Counted from the first letter of the stretch, positions 50,296 through 61,785 are shown. The stretch is DNA of 64,000 nucleotides from a bacterium (GCA_044869275.1 JBIOXB010000075.1:13120-77119), one strand, 5' to 3'. Numbers and translations are program-made. The notes: generated from the sequence alone by a model not told the origin.

Positions 50296-51138
50296 TTAGC
50301 GCGGAATGCGCAAAACCGTATGCGGATAAAGCTGGTTCGGATTGTCGCCGACAATATCCTTGTTGGCCTCATAGATTTTCCGCCACATGGCCGGATCGCC
50401 GGCGCCCATGGCATTGGCAATCTTGCGGAAAGAATCGCCCCGGGCCACGAGATATTCATCCGGTCCGACCTCGCGTTGAACTTTGAAAGTCTGATTCGGG
50501 TAGATCAGATCCGGATCTTTGATTTGGTCGCGATTATAAGAATACAGGCGCATCCACTGATACGGATCGGCATAGATGTCTTTTTTGCCAGAAATCCTCC
50601 ACAAATAATCGCCTTTTTCGACGTTGTATTCTGAGTATACCGCCGCCGGCATGCGTCCGCGCAATTGCGTGATCTTGCCTTCGACCACGGCGATTGCATC
50701 TTGCATCTCGGTCAGGGTGGCGATTTTGCTTTTCTTCATTTCATCGAGGCGCGCTTGCAGCGCGTCAATCTCCGCCCGGCGCTTGAACAACTCTTCGGGT
50801 GACAACGCCATCATACCGTCAACTTCGGATTCGAGAGCCTTGAGCTGGCTGCGATACGCATCGACTCCCGCGCGGTCCGTGCCCAGCATGCTGTAGATGT
50901 TGTCCCATTCCGTGGCGATTTGCTGGTCGAGCTCGCCAACTTGTTTTTTGAGTGCATCGATTTCAGTATCTACTCCCGCGATCGCCGCCTTGGCGTCCGC
51001 TTCTCTCTTTTGCCATTCCGCGAGCTGCTGCTTGTATTCGTCCATCGACATTTTTTCTTGCGCAGAAGCAGGCGCGGCAAGGGCAAATACGAGCATGCTG
51101 ACGGTCAAGCTCAGCAGAATCCTGTGAAAAAACTTCAT
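50296..51138 (-). CDS. Exported coiled-coil protein with two C-terminal LysM domains
   Basis: Signal peptide ending ASA, heptad repeats, YNVEKGDYLWRI...IYPNQ and YLVARGDS.RKIA...LYP..VLRIP. Confidence 0.88.
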   Translation of the reverse strand: MKFFHRILLSLTVSMLVFALAAPASAQEKMSMDEYKQQLAEWQKREADAKAAIAGVDTEIDALKKQVGELDQQIATEWDNIYSMLGTDRAGVDAYRSQLKALESEVDGMMALSPEELFKRRAEIDALQARLDEMKKSKIATLTEMQDAIAVVEGKITQLRGRMPAAVYSEYNVEKGDYLWRISGKKDIYADPYQWMRLYSYNRDQIKDPDLIYPNQTFKVQREVGPDEYLVARGDSFRKIANAMGAGDPAMWRKIYEANKDIVGDNPNQLYPHTVLRIPR

Positions 51139-51232
51139 CACTTCCCTCCGCCTGTTGGGTGAGTGGAGCTTCATCTTGCAAATTCCGTTCTTGATTGATC
51201 AAAAGGAAAACGATTCGCCGTGTTTCGTGCGA

Positions 51233-51505
51233 TTACTGGCCCTGCCGGCCAGAAACGGCGGTCTTTTCATTCAACACCTTTTGCATTTCGGCCTTCTTCT
51301 GGTCGAGCTGCCGCTGCAGGTTGTCGCGTTCGCTGCGCTTTTGCGCGAGCAACTCTTCCGCGGCGACTGCAGCTTTTTTCGTTTCATCAAGTGCGCGCAA
51401 CTGTTCTTCGTTGGGATGCTTGCTGCACGCTGTCAGTGTCAGCGTCCCTGCGAGCATGCCCAGTGCCACACTTTTCGCTACTTTAGACTTGAGCGATTGT
51501 GCCAT
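51233..51505 (-). CDS. Small coiled-coil lipoprotein
   Basis: Lipobox LTAC, then about 60 aa of heptad repeats; RBS GGAGG. Confidence 0.8.
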   Translation of the reverse strand: MAQSLKSKVAKSVALGMLAGTLTLTACSKHPNEEQLRALDETKKAAVAAEELLAQKRSERDNLQRQLDQKKAEMQKVLNEKTAVSGRQGQ

Positions 51506-51757
51506 GAGCCTCAGACCTCCAGTTAATTTCTCGAATAGTTGAATGAATTTGAGTTGCGAACTTGCATTTGGCATGGCAAAGCAGCATCAAAGCGCGGTTG
51601 CTTTGCGTAAGTTTTTGTGCGATTGGAGTTTGGTTGCCTCAGAACGCTGGCATGTTATAAAAAAATTGCTTGATTGTCAAGCAAAAAAATCCCCCACCAC
51701 TTTCGCATACGCGAAAGCATGACTATTCGTTCACATAGGCTCTGGCACCGGCACACT

Positions 51758-52252
51758 TTACACGCCGCAGCGCAACACTGCAGCCGCATCGTCGCACACG
51801 CGCGCAAACACTTGTTCGGTGAGATAGCACGGCTCGAATTCGCGTTCACCGTTTTTGCCGGTTTGCTGATAACGTGCAAAAAGCAAAGTGTCGCCGCAGC
51901 GCAACAAAACTTCATAGTAGTGCAGCGCATCTGCTTCACGATAGGGCGTACCGCTGCGAATCTGGGCCGTTCCGCCGGTTTCATCCAACTCAAGGAGCCG
52001 GAAATTCTCCAGCAAATAAGTGAACCTTTTTTCAACCTCAGCGGCTTGTGCCGCCAGCACACCGGGCAGAGGTGCATCGGGAGAAATGGGGACGTGGGCC
52101 GAGAGCGCGTGCATCAAAACGCCGTATCTGTCCGAGTCCTGAACTTCGATCCTGAGGTGAATACCGTCAACGATTTCCTCGTGGGCGAAAGGCGCTCGTG
52201 CCGCGCGGGCGCGCGCCTTCACCGCTGCAACGACTTTCTGTCCGAGGTTCAT
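51758..52252 (-). CDS. Hypothetical protein (164 aa)
   Basis: ATG 52252 with GGAGG RBS; plausible globular sequence (FTYLLENFRLLELD...AQIRS). Confidence 0.65.
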   Translation of the reverse strand: MNLGQKVVAAVKARARAARAPFAHEEIVDGIHLRIEVQDSDRYGVLMHALSAHVPISPDAPLPGVLAAQAAEVEKRFTYLLENFRLLELDETGGTAQIRSGTPYREADALHYYEVLLRCGDTLLFARYQQTGKNGEREFEPCYLTEQVFARVCDDAAAVLRCGV

Positions 52253-52505
52253 GGCCAACACCTCCGTAAATGAAATGAGCAACACACCAGTTGTGGTTTC
52301 CTCTGCTTCCCAAAGCCACAAAACGCAAAAGGGAAAAAACTCCCTTGTCCCGGTCATGCCGCCCTGGCGGAATCCTGCCAGAATTGCGCCGGACACAGGC
52401 GACAAAAGAATCCGGCGGAATGACACCAGCACCGTAAAACATGGAAAATTCAACTTCCGAATCGCACCGCTACAACGCACAGGTTATGGCAAGGAGGAGG
52501 CGAAA

Positions 52506-53996
52506 TCAGTCTATTTCGATTTCCTTGTGTTCCGAGCCGTCAAAAGCCAGCAATGCTTTATTCTCATCCACCATCGTTTCCAAATTCACCGGGCGCGACC
52601 ACACCGCATAAAGATTGCGCAGCGTGTCGCGCGCCTCGTCGAGCTTGAGATCGATGCCTTCGTGCTGGTGCCGCAAATAGAGCTCGCCGCGATTGCGATA
52701 ATTGGATTCTTCCACATAAATGAACGGCTGGCCGTGGTTCGTGAGCAGAAACAGCAGCTTTTGCTTGATGGCTTTGAACTCGCGGTCCGAAATCTCGTAC
52801 ATGCCGTTGCGCTCATTGTAATCAAACACGAACATTCTGTGCTCGCGACAGAATTCCGGCGTCAGAAATGCGTCGATGAAGGTGACGTCGTTGTAAAGCT
52901 TGCGCACTTCGAAAATTTTTTGCCGGCCCAGGCCGGTTTCTCTATTCCAGTTCTTTTTGGTGGCAAAATCGTCGCATTCTTCATATTCCTTGCCGAACCT
53001 GCCCTTGTTCCAACGCTCTTCGATGTCGCGAAACAGCTCGATGCCGAGCTTGTAGGGATTCAGCCGTCCCGGGCTGGTGAATAATGTGCCGGAGTGATGA
53101 TCGGCATAGTCGATCACTTCCGCGTCAGTGAGAATGCGCTCGGTCATCATTTTCGAGTGCCAGTAGCTCGCCCAGCCCTCGTTCATGATTTTAGTCTGGC
53201 CTTGCGGCGCAAAGTAATACGCTTCTTCCCGCACCATATCGAGCACGTCGCGCTGCCATTTTTCCAGGGGCGCATATTCGATCAGAAACTTCAAAACATC
53301 GCGTTGCGATTTTTCCGGATGCTTACGATGGCGCTCGCCGTTTTTCTTTTCCTGCTTTTGCCTTTCTGCCGCCAGCACCTCCGGCGGATTGATGTAATCT
53401 TCCAAATAATCCTTCGGGCTTTTGAACCGCGCCGAGGGCGGCTCGAGCGACGGCACCTCTTCCGCCAAACCGTCTTTGCCGTTTTCCTTGCCCATGAACG
53501 GCAGATGCGGGTCAATCAAATTCTCCAGCGAGAGGCAAACATCAACGAAGTTTTCCACTTTGTCTTCGCCGTATTGCTCGGCATACCGCCGAATGCGCGT
53601 GGCGTGGTTCGCCATTTCATCCATCATCTTGCGATTGGTGGGCGCAAACCACAGGTTGTTCTTGAAAAAATCGCAATGGCCATAAACGTGTGCCATCACC
53701 AGCTTTTGATCGACGATATTGTTGCAGCGCATCAAATACGCATAGCAGGGATCGTTGTTGATCACCATCTCGTAAATCTTCGACAAGCCGTAGGAATAGC
53801 TCTTGGCCAATTCCTCATATTCCATGCCAAAGCGCCAATGCGGATAGCGCGTGGGAAATCCCCCGAAACTGGCGATCTCGTTGAGCTCGTCGAATTCCAC
53901 GACTTCGAAAACCGTCTCAAAAAAATCCAGGCCATACTCGCGCGCAAAGCCGCGAATTTCATCTTTAAAGGCGGAAAGTTCAGGCGTCAGACTCAT
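52506..53996 (-). CDS. spoVR: SpoVR/YcgB family protein
   Basis: [59 protein letters not shown]. Confidence 0.93.
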   Translation of the reverse strand: MSLTPELSAFKDEIRGFAREYGLDFFETVFEVVEFDELNEIASFGGFPTRYPHWRFGMEYEELAKSYSYGLSKIYEMVINNDPCYAYLMRCNNIVDQKLVMAHVYGHCDFFKNNLWFAPTNRKMMDEMANHATRIRRYAEQYGEDKVENFVDVCLSLENLIDPHLPFMGKENGKDGLAEEVPSLEPPSARFKSPKDYLEDYINPPEVLAAERQKQEKKNGERHRKHPEKSQRDVLKFLIEYAPLEKWQRDVLDMVREEAYYFAPQGQTKIMNEGWASYWHSKMMTERILTDAEVIDYADHHSGTLFTSPGRLNPYKLGIELFRDIEERWNKGRFGKEYEECDDFATKKNWNRETGLGRQKIFEVRKLYNDVTFIDAFLTPEFCREHRMFVFDYNERNGMYEISDREFKAIKQKLLFLLTNHGQPFIYVEESNYRNRGELYLRHQHEGIDLKLDEARDTLRNLYAVWSRPVNLETMVDENKALLAFDGSEHKEIEID

Positions 53997-54039
53997 GGGT
54001 CCGTTTCTTTTTTGACGAATAAGTACTCTCAAGAAGACC

Positions 54040-54212
54040 GGGAGAGTGGGAGACGGGGTGACTGGGAGACAGGGTGACTGGGAGAGGGGGTGACGGGGAG
54101 AGGCGAAGCAAGGATCGCACTCTAATCTCCCACTCTCCGTGTCTCCCCGTCACCCAGTCACCTCGTCTCCCCGTCTCCCACTCACCCCGTCTCCCACTCA
54201 CCCCACTCACTC
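54040..54212. repeat. Octamer tandem repeats (GGG[A/T]GA[C/G]N) in two inverted arms
   Basis: About 8 units such as gggagagt/gggagacg/gggtgact, then about 10 reverse-complement units such as cgtctccc/actcaccc. Confidence 0.85.
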
Positions 54213-54217
54213 CACAC

Positions 54218-55324
54218 CTACTTCCCTTTTCCTAAAAACTCCTTGATCGATTTATAGATCGATTCCTTGTCTGTTATTTCAGACAACACCAGCTTCTCTT
54301 CGCTCTCAAAATAATCTTCCAAATCGCGAATAAATTGGCCGCTGCCGTACGGGCTTTCGACCTGGCCGTAGCAGAACAAATTCGCGGCTGGAATCAGCTG
54401 ATTTTCGAGAATGTTGATGCATTCATCCGTATCGATCTCGCCCCAATTGTCGCCGTCGGAAAAATGCATCAAATAAATGTTCCAGTCCTCGGGAGTGTAC
54501 TCCTCGGAAATGATTTTGGCGGCCAGCTTGTACGCCGAGGAGATGATGGTGCCGCCGCTTTCACGCGTGTGATAAAACGTTTCCTGATCCACCTCGCGTG
54601 CCACCGCGTCGTGAATGACATAGCGCGTTTCCAAATTCTTGTATTGATAATGCAGCCAGGTGTCGATCCAAAACGATTCGATGCGCACGATTTCTTTCTG
54701 CTCGTCGCCCATGCTGCCGGAAACGTCCATCATGTATATGATCACCGCATTCGCTTCGGGCAGTTGCACGGTTTTCCACGTGCGATAACGCCGGTCTTCG
54801 CGATACGGCACGATGATGGGATCGTCGGGATTGTAACTGCCGCTGATGAGCTGCCGTTTCAGCGCCTGCTTATATGTACGCTTGAAATGGCGCAACGTTT
54901 CCGGGCCGCTTTTGCTGATGCCGGTGTAGCGGTCTTTTTCGCTGATGATGTTCTTTTTGCCTTTGGGCGAAATATTGGGCAGCTCCAGCTCTTCGCCCAG
55001 CAATTGCGCCAGCTCTTCGATCGGCAGATCGACTTCCAAGATATGCTCGCCCGGAGCCTCACCGGCCTGGCGGGAGCCATCACCATCATCGCCGCGGCCG
55101 ATGGGCGTACCCACGTCACCGTCGCCCTGGCCCACGCCGCCGGTGTTGCGGCCGCCGTAGCGAAAACGTGGGATGTCGATCTGCGGCACGGGAATACTGA
55201 CCAGATCTTTTCCCTTTTTGCCGATCATCTCGCCGCGCGTGATGTACTTGCGCAGTTCCTTCTTGATCTGCCCGCGCAAAATCTGCCGGAATCGGCTGCG
55301 ATCTTTTTCGATGCGTTTGACCAT
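54218..55324 (-). CDS. yeaH: YeaH/YhbH (DUF444) vWA-like protein
   Basis: [36 protein letters not shown]; lies between prkA and spoVR. Confidence 0.9.
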   Translation of the reverse strand: MVKRIEKDRSRFRQILRGQIKKELRKYITRGEMIGKKGKDLVSIPVPQIDIPRFRYGGRNTGGVGQGDGDVGTPIGRGDDGDGSRQAGEAPGEHILEVDLPIEELAQLLGEELELPNISPKGKKNIISEKDRYTGISKSGPETLRHFKRTYKQALKRQLISGSYNPDDPIIVPYREDRRYRTWKTVQLPEANAVIIYMMDVSGSMGDEQKEIVRIESFWIDTWLHYQYKNLETRYVIHDAVAREVDQETFYHTRESGGTIISSAYKLAAKIISEEYTPEDWNIYLMHFSDGDNWGEIDTDECINILENQLIPAANLFCYGQVESPYGSGQFIRDLEDYFESEEKLVLSEITDKESIYKSIKEFLGKGK

Positions 55325-55398
55325 AGTTCAGCCACCAAACAAATCCAAAACTCAAAGCTCAAAGTGGTTTTTGGATTTTGTGCATTGCGTTTTGGATT

Positions 55399-57480
55399 TC
55401 AGCGGTGCTTCACATCCCCGCGCGCAAAAATGCTGGCCACGTAATTCAGCACGTCCGTCGCGCTTTCGTCATTATAGCCATAATACTTGATCATACGCGA
55501 TTTCACTACGTCGATCTTTTCCTGTGTTTCTTTATCCACCACGCTGGAAATGAGGGTCGTGAGTTTGATCGTATCTTTTTGATCCTCAAACAGCTTTAAT
55601 TCAAGTGCTTTTTGCAGGCGTTCGTTGCTCTTGTAATCGAAGGTCTTGCCTTCCAGGGCCAAGGCACCGATGTAGTTCATAATCTCGCGCCGGAAATCGT
55701 CCTTCCGGCTTTCTGGAATGTCGATTTTCTCTTCGATCGCGCGCATCAGGCGTTCATCCGGTTCTTCGTCTGCGCCGGTGAATTTGTTTTTCACGCGTTC
55801 GCGCTGGGTGTAGGCCTTGACGTTGTCGATGTAATTGCCGCACAGGCGTTTCAACGCGTCTTCGTCCGCGGCGATCGCGCGCTGCACCTCGTTCTTCACA
55901 ATGTCCTCGTATTCTTCCTTCACCACCGCGAGTAATTCTTTGTAACGTTTGCGCAGCTCGTCACTGCTGATCAGCGAATGATGCTTGATGCCCGATTCCA
56001 GCTCATTCATTACCATGAAAGGGTTGATGCTGGTCGCGCTCTTCTCGCTCACCAGCGCATTGGAGATTTTATCCTGCACATAGCGCGGCGAGATGCCTTC
56101 CATGCCTTCGCGGCCGGCGTCGGCGCGCAATTCTTTGATGTTGTCTTCGGTGAAGCCCGGCAGGGTTTTACCGTTGTAAAGTTTCAGCTTTTGCAGCAGA
56201 GTCAATTGCGCTTTCCTCGGATCTTCCAAGCGCGTCAGCACCGCCCACATGGCCGCCATCTCGATGGTATGCGGCGCAATGTGTTTGCCCTTGATGCGCT
56301 TGGGGTTGTAATCCTTGGCGTAAATTTTGATCTCGTCGTTGAGCTTGGTGATGTAAGGCACGTCGATCTTTACCGTGCGGTCGCGCAACGCTTCCATGTA
56401 TTCGTTCGACATCAGCTTGCGATATTCCGGCTCGTTGGTGTGACCGATGATCACCTCGTCGATATCGGTCTGCGCGAATTTTTTCGGTTTAATCTTGTGC
56501 TCTTGCGACGCGCCCAGCAGATCATAAAGGAAGGCCACGTCCAACTTCAAGACTTCGATGAACTCGATCAAGCCGCGATTGGCGATATTGAACTCGCCGT
56601 CGAAATTGAATGCGCGCGCATCCGATTCCGAGCCATACTCCGCGATTTTGCGGTAATTGATATCCCCCGTCAATTCCGTGGAATCCTGGTTCTTCTCGTC
56701 TTTGGGCTGAAACGTGCCGATCCCGACGCGATCTTTTTCCGATAACAGCAGGCGCTCGACGCGAATGTCCTGCAATAAATCTCCCCAGGCGCCGTCGTAC
56801 TTGCGGATATGCTCCCGGTACATCTGCCGGCAAAACGGGCACAGCTCGCCGGTGATGTTGATGTGCTGATCGGCAGGCTTGCCCTGGTTGAGCATCTCCA
56901 ACAGCTTGGGCCGCAGCTCTTCCGGCACCAAATGCAGCGGCTCTTCGTGCATCGGGCATTTCATCCAGGTCGCTTCGCCGTCTATCTCTTGCTTCCAGGC
57001 GAAGGTATAGAGCGCCCCTTCCGGCTTGCGCGAATAGTGCTCGACGCCCTTTTTGAGAAGGCGCACGATGGTGCTTTTCGAGCTGCCCACCGGTCCGTGC
57101 AACAACAGCACGCGTTTTTCCGTGCCATAGCCCTGGGCAGCGGCTTTGAAAAAACTGACGATGCGCATCAGTGTGCGATCCAACCCATACACCGCATCGC
57201 GGCCGTCTTCAAAGGGATCGTCGAAGAATTTGTAGTGTATCAGCTTTTCTTTGAATTCCACCACTTCTTCAGTGCCGTACGCGAGGATCATGTCGTAAAT
57301 GCGCTCGAAAGCCGTGCGCGTGATCGTGGGCTGGCGCTGGACCACGGCAAGATATTCTTCAAACCTGCCTTGCCATGTCAACTCGCGGTACGACGCGGTG
57401 TCCTGTATTTTGCTCAAAGCTGCAACGATGCCATCCGAGAGCGCAGAAGTAGAAATTGGCCGCGAAGTTTCTGTATTCAT
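55399..57480 (-). CDS. prkA: PrkA/YeaG family AAA+ serine protein kinase
   Basis: [49 protein letters not shown] before ATG 57480. Confidence 0.93.
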   Translation of the reverse strand: MNTETSRPISTSALSDGIVAALSKIQDTASYRELTWQGRFEEYLAVVQRQPTITRTAFERIYDMILAYGTEEVVEFKEKLIHYKFFDDPFEDGRDAVYGLDRTLMRIVSFFKAAAQGYGTEKRVLLLHGPVGSSKSTIVRLLKKGVEHYSRKPEGALYTFAWKQEIDGEATWMKCPMHEEPLHLVPEELRPKLLEMLNQGKPADQHINITGELCPFCRQMYREHIRKYDGAWGDLLQDIRVERLLLSEKDRVGIGTFQPKDEKNQDSTELTGDINYRKIAEYGSESDARAFNFDGEFNIANRGLIEFIEVLKLDVAFLYDLLGASQEHKIKPKKFAQTDIDEVIIGHTNEPEYRKLMSNEYMEALRDRTVKIDVPYITKLNDEIKIYAKDYNPKRIKGKHIAPHTIEMAAMWAVLTRLEDPRKAQLTLLQKLKLYNGKTLPGFTEDNIKELRADAGREGMEGISPRYVQDKISNALVSEKSATSINPFMVMNELESGIKHHSLISSDELRKRYKELLAVVKEEYEDIVKNEVQRAIAADEDALKRLCGNYIDNVKAYTQRERVKNKFTGADEEPDERLMRAIEEKIDIPESRKDDFRREIMNYIGALALEGKTFDYKSNERLQKALELKLFEDQKDTIKLTTLISSVVDKETQEKIDVVKSRMIKYYGYNDESATDVLNYVASIFARGDVKHR

Positions 57481-57964
57481 GAATCGAACCTCCATTTCAC
57501 TATGGTGTGCAGATGAAAACGAAAGCGACGTCGCTTGGGAGATGAGGGCTGACGCCGGAGCGGCTGCAGAAATGATGCGAAGCCCTGGCGTTCACCATTG
57601 CACGCCCGCTCCACTTTGGAATAATGTCAACGTAAGCTAACGACTGGGTTGCGGTAGGATCGAATAACATCGAGCCAAATTGTCAGCTCGATTACAAGAG
57701 GTCGTATGAACGGCAGAGCCCTCTGCCTCAACTTAAATAGGAAGATGTTTGATCACCCGGACAATTCCGTGCCCTCTCGTCCTGAAGCGCTCCGGCCTGT
57801 CATGGCTCGTAATCAAGAGGTGATAGTCTCAATTATGGAGATTTGCAACTTCGCTCACGCCGCCGCACGGCCCAAACGAGCGGCATCGTGACGAGTCGTC
57901 AAAGAACATGACCTCAAACCACCTCACAACAATCGAATCAAACGAAGTCCGAATCTCCCAAGAC

Positions 57965-57996
57965 AAAAAAAGTCGAAAGCAGAAGCGTTTCGACTT
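57965..57996 (-). terminator. Terminator-like hairpin
   Basis: aagtcgaaa / tttcgactt stem followed by a T-run on the minus strand. Confidence 0.55.
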
Positions 57997-58032
57997 GACA
58001 AGACAAAGAGCGATATTGCAAAACGGTGCGCG

Positions 58033-58061
58033 ATATTACGAACGCGCCTCATAAAAGTCAA
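58033..58061 (-). promoter_or_regulatory. Putative sigma70 promoter TTGACT-N17-TAATAT
   Basis: Near-consensus -35 and a plausible -10 at 17-nt spacing, upstream of prkA. Confidence 0.45.
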
Positions 58062-58273
58062 GGTCTTTCTGGTAACATATTAGCCGCCGCAACTGCAAAT
58101 TTCAAGCCGTGCTTTATACAGGAACTTATTTGAATTTGACCTATACAACTCTGCCGTTTGAGAAAAGTTCCTTATTCTTTCCAATTGTCTTTAGCGCTCC
58201 CTTGGCTTGCCCTGCAACGAGCAAAATCTTGAAGCGCCTATGCCTCATAAAATCAAGCGGCATGCGCCATGGT

Positions 58274-58954
58274 TCAGCTATGGTTGTTCCAGGTTATAGG
58301 CTTGCTTTTAGAGTCCCGTTCTTGAACGCAATAGCAAAACAAATTTCCTTCGCCAACAGTAATGGCAAATTCATGAGCCAGTGCTTCATTGCTCAAGCCG
58401 TCGCGCACACCCCATTCCAAATCTTCCTGCTGAAGCGGATATTTCAAGCCTTCAGTCACGATGCCGCGCACGCGCCGGAACGCGAGCAAGGAAATTTGCT
58501 GTCCGGCAAAAGATTCGAAGCGCGCTCGTGCGGGCCGGTCCGTGGCGTGGATGAAACTGCCGATGCCAAAATCGTCGTAGATTTCCAATGTCAGCCGATC
58601 GCAAAATTTTTCGGCAATATTGATATTGACGAGCTGGTGATCGAAACGCAAGCCGGTGATACCCACGAGAAGTGCGTGTTGGATTTCTTGTTCCAGGGCG
58701 AATGCCAGCGTTTTTTCCAGGTCCGTGGCGTGCTGGCTCGGGCGATAGATGAACCGCGCTGACGCATAGGCACGGCGCGTGTCTGCGGTAACCGAATCGA
58801 AATCGCCGACGATATACTGCGGCTCCAATCCTGCCGCGCGTGCGCGGTTTGCTCCGCCGTCGGCGCAAATGATGACTTCAGCGCGGGCCGCGCAAGCCGC
58901 GAGTATCTCGGCCGCGGGCAGCAAGCCGTTGGCAATGACCAGGGCGGTTTTCAT
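58274..58954 (-). CDS. thiN: Thiamine pyrophosphokinase
   Basis: ICADGGAN, VGDFDS, TDLEK, G..G.RFDH, GLKYPL, GLSNE; overlaps the TonB receptor stop. Confidence 0.92.
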   Translation of the reverse strand: MKTALVIANGLLPAAEILAACAARAEVIICADGGANRARAAGLEPQYIVGDFDSVTADTRRAYASARFIYRPSQHATDLEKTLAFALEQEIQHALLVGITGLRFDHQLVNINIAEKFCDRLTLEIYDDFGIGSFIHATDRPARARFESFAGQQISLLAFRRVRGIVTEGLKYPLQQEDLEWGVRDGLSNEALAHEFAITVGEGNLFCYCVQERDSKSKPITWNNHS

Positions 58955-61467
58955 CGTTCATACCTCGCATTCACAAAAAACTGCCTCTCAGCCGCCGGAA
59001 AAAAATCCTCACCTTCTCCGTGCAAAACGTAAAGCTTGTCGAAAATGTTCTGCACATGCAATTGCAGCGTCAAGCCGAGGTGCGCGAAAGCATATCCCGC
59101 AGCGCCGTGGAACACCGTGTAGGCATCGACGACATTTTCACGGGGTTCACCGAAAATCTCGGGAGAGCGGTCACCGAAATTGTCCGTGTATTTTTGGCCG
59201 CTATGCTGCATGGCAAGTGAAGCGTTAAAGCCCCCCAGCAAAAAGCTGAGCCGCGCATTCGCCAGGAAATCCGGAAAGCCGGCGATGGGATTGCCGTCCA
59301 GCGGCACGCCGGTGTGGGCGCTGTCGTCCAGGAAGATGGCGTATTCCTTCAATTCGTTGTGGCTAGACATCAGGCTGCCGCTGCACCTCAGCCAGGGAAG
59401 CGGCTGGACTTCGGCTTCAAACTCCATTCCGGTGTGCAGGGTGCGCTCGGCATTGCCCGTCACCGGCTGGCCGAAGCGATCCAATTGACCGCTATTGATG
59501 ATCTCGTCCTTGAAATCCATGTAGAAAAAGTTGAGTGCCACGCGCCATGCCTTGCGACGATAGCTCAATCCGGCTTCGTAATCATACAACTTTTCAGGAT
59601 GCACCAGTGGCCGGTCGAAAGCATAGCTGCCATCAGGTGCGCGCTCGAATTGCGGCTCGACCGCGCCCCAGCTCGCCGGCGTGCTCGCTTCGGCAGCGTC
59701 GTAAAAATTCTTCAAACGCGGCTCCCGGCTGGTGCGCGCGAAGCTGGCGTAGGCATTGAGCTGTTCGTTCATATTATAATTCAAGCCCAAACGCGGATTC
59801 CAAAAATGATACCGCAGCGTGAAATCGGTGTCGAGGAATTCTTCATCATATAAGCGGTATTTGAGATTGACGAATTGCAGATCGAAGTTGAGATTCAAGT
59901 TGCGGCGCAGCCGGTAATTGGCGTGCACATAAGGCGAAATGATGTCCTTGGCGCCACGATACTCGTAATAGCGTCGCGTCCCGATGTAGTTGTGGCCGCT
60001 GTATTCGCCTGAAACCGCCGGCGGCAAAGCATCGTCGCCGGTTTGAATGCGACCCCAGTGCAGCGAACGATGCCGCCGCAGCTCAGCGCCAAACACGGTT
60101 TCGCCGCGCCCGTGTTGCCAGGTCAATTGCGGCAGCCAGCCAATTTGCTTGTTGTCAACGTAAGCACGAATCAGCACGCTATCGACAAAAACTTCTTCGG
60201 GGTTGCCGCTCACCTCAAAGCCGTATTCCGGGGCCAGGCGAAAGTAGGACAGCGGCGCCCAATTGCCGTTGTAATCGAAGAAGCCGTAGCCGCGTATGCC
60301 AAACCACGTGTTGCTCAAACACAAATCTTTGTTCAGGCGATATTCGTTGAGAAGCTGGAGCTGCGGCTGATTGAAGTTCTCCAGTTCATCCGGCCGCAGG
60401 ATGGGATTCTGCCGCCGCGCGCCGCGACGCAAGGTCGAGTCTTTGGGAATGCCGTAGTAGGCGAGGTGATCCGCAATCGGTCCGCCGTAGAGATGCACGC
60501 GCGTAATCGACTTCTCGCTGACGTGCGCCGCGCCGACGAAATAACTTTTCAAATCGGCCCAGGCGCGCTCGCGATACCCCTCGCTGCGAATGCGCGAGAA
60601 TCTGCCGAACAGCAAAAACTTCCGCGCGAGCCAGCCGCTGTGCAGCGCGAGGGAATATTTGCGCGTACCGTACGTGCCGCTGCCGGCATAAGCTTCGATC
60701 TTCGCACGCGGGGAAAAATTGGCGGTCGAGACATTGACTGAACCGCCGATCGCCGGCGGACCGTAGAACGCGCTGCCCGCGCCGCGCTGCACTTGCACGT
60801 CTGCGGTGTTGCCTAACAAGTCAGGGAAATCGATCCAATACACGTTGTGATCCTCGGGATCGTTCTGCGGTACGCCGTTGATCAGGACGGAAATACGGCG
60901 CTGGTCAAAACCGCGAATGGCAAGGTAATTGTAACCAATGCCATTGCCGCTTTCAGAATAAAAAGTCGCCGAGGGCAGCTCGCTGAGTATGGCGGGAATG
61001 TCCTGCGTGAAATAGCGCTGCTGCAAATCAGCAGGCGTGATCGTGGAAAACGCCACCGGGCTTTCACGCTCGCGGGCACGGGTGGCCAGCACAATGACGG
61101 CGGGACTGGTCAACGCATGCGGTTGCAAGCGAATGACCACGTGTGTTTCGGGTGGCTGGATTTCGAGCGCGAGGCTTTGGCTGGCATAACCGATGAAGCT
61201 GGCAATCAATGTGGCGCGCCCGGCCGGAATGCTGTGCAACTGAAAATTCCCCTGTGGATCGCTGACCACGCCCTGCGTGGTTCCGGCAATCACAATATTG
61301 CAAGCCTTGAGCGGTGCGCCCGATTGCGCATCATACACGGTGCCGCGGATGGTGGCAGTTTCCTGCGCCAGCGTTTGCGCCGGCCACCAGCAGCTTGAAA
61401 GGGCAGCCATGCCCGCAACCAGCAGCCGGCAGCGGGCAGCGGGTCTCCGGCAAAACATAGTTCTCAT
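58951..61467 (-). CDS. TonB-dependent receptor, probably thiamine uptake
   Basis: CarboxypepD-like N-terminus, plug IRGFDQRRI.V.INGVP.ND, QVQRG, beta-barrel; directly downstream of a TPP riboswitch. Confidence 0.9.
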   Translation of the reverse strand: MRTMFCRRPAARCRLLVAGMAALSSCWWPAQTLAQETATIRGTVYDAQSGAPLKACNIVIAGTTQGVVSDPQGNFQLHSIPAGRATLIASFIGYASQSLALEIQPPETHVVIRLQPHALTSPAVIVLATRARERESPVAFSTITPADLQQRYFTQDIPAILSELPSATFYSESGNGIGYNYLAIRGFDQRRISVLINGVPQNDPEDHNVYWIDFPDLLGNTADVQVQRGAGSAFYGPPAIGGSVNVSTANFSPRAKIEAYAGSGTYGTRKYSLALHSGWLARKFLLFGRFSRIRSEGYRERAWADLKSYFVGAAHVSEKSITRVHLYGGPIADHLAYYGIPKDSTLRRGARRQNPILRPDELENFNQPQLQLLNEYRLNKDLCLSNTWFGIRGYGFFDYNGNWAPLSYFRLAPEYGFEVSGNPEEVFVDSVLIRAYVDNKQIGWLPQLTWQHGRGETVFGAELRRHRSLHWGRIQTGDDALPPAVSGEYSGHNYIGTRRYYEYRGAKDIISPYVHANYRLRRNLNLNFDLQFVNLKYRLYDEEFLDTDFTLRYHFWNPRLGLNYNMNEQLNAYASFARTSREPRLKNFYDAAEASTPASWGAVEPQFERAPDGSYAFDRPLVHPEKLYDYEAGLSYRRKAWRVALNFFYMDFKDEIINSGQLDRFGQPVTGNAERTLHTGMEFEAEVQPLPWLRCSGSLMSSHNELKEYAIFLDDSAHTGVPLDGNPIAGFPDFLANARLSFLLGGFNASLAMQHSGQKYTDNFGDRSPEIFGEPRENVVDAYTVFHGAAGYAFAHLGLTLQLHVQNIFDKLYVLHGEGEDFFPAAERQFFVNARYER

Positions 61468-61590
61468 CACCTCTCCTCCACAAAATAAAAAACCGCATTC
61501 CCGATTTTCCACCGCGCGCGGGAAGCGGCTGCGTGAAGGCATGACGCCGGAGAAGCATGAAAGCTGCAATTCGACTCGTCACAACCACGA

Positions 61591-61670
61591 CCGTTTCCCT
61601 ACGCCGGCATCATCCGGTTCAGGTTCCAAGGGTATTTTCTCAGTCCCGCATCGCGGGACACCCCTAACGG
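61591..61670 (-). ncRNA. TPP riboswitch (THI element)
   Basis: Minus strand GGGGTG...CTGAGAaaATACCC..GAACCTGA..GGATGATGCCGGCGTAGGGAA with closing ccgtt/aacgg stem. Confidence 0.95.
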
Positions 61671-61785
61671 AGTGATCAAAAGATATGGCAATGCCGGAGA
61701 AAAACCAAACAGAAAATCGCAGTTGTAAATTTGCGAGAATCTTTGCATTATGCCATTGGCGGAAATGAATGAAGGAGGTAAAACA

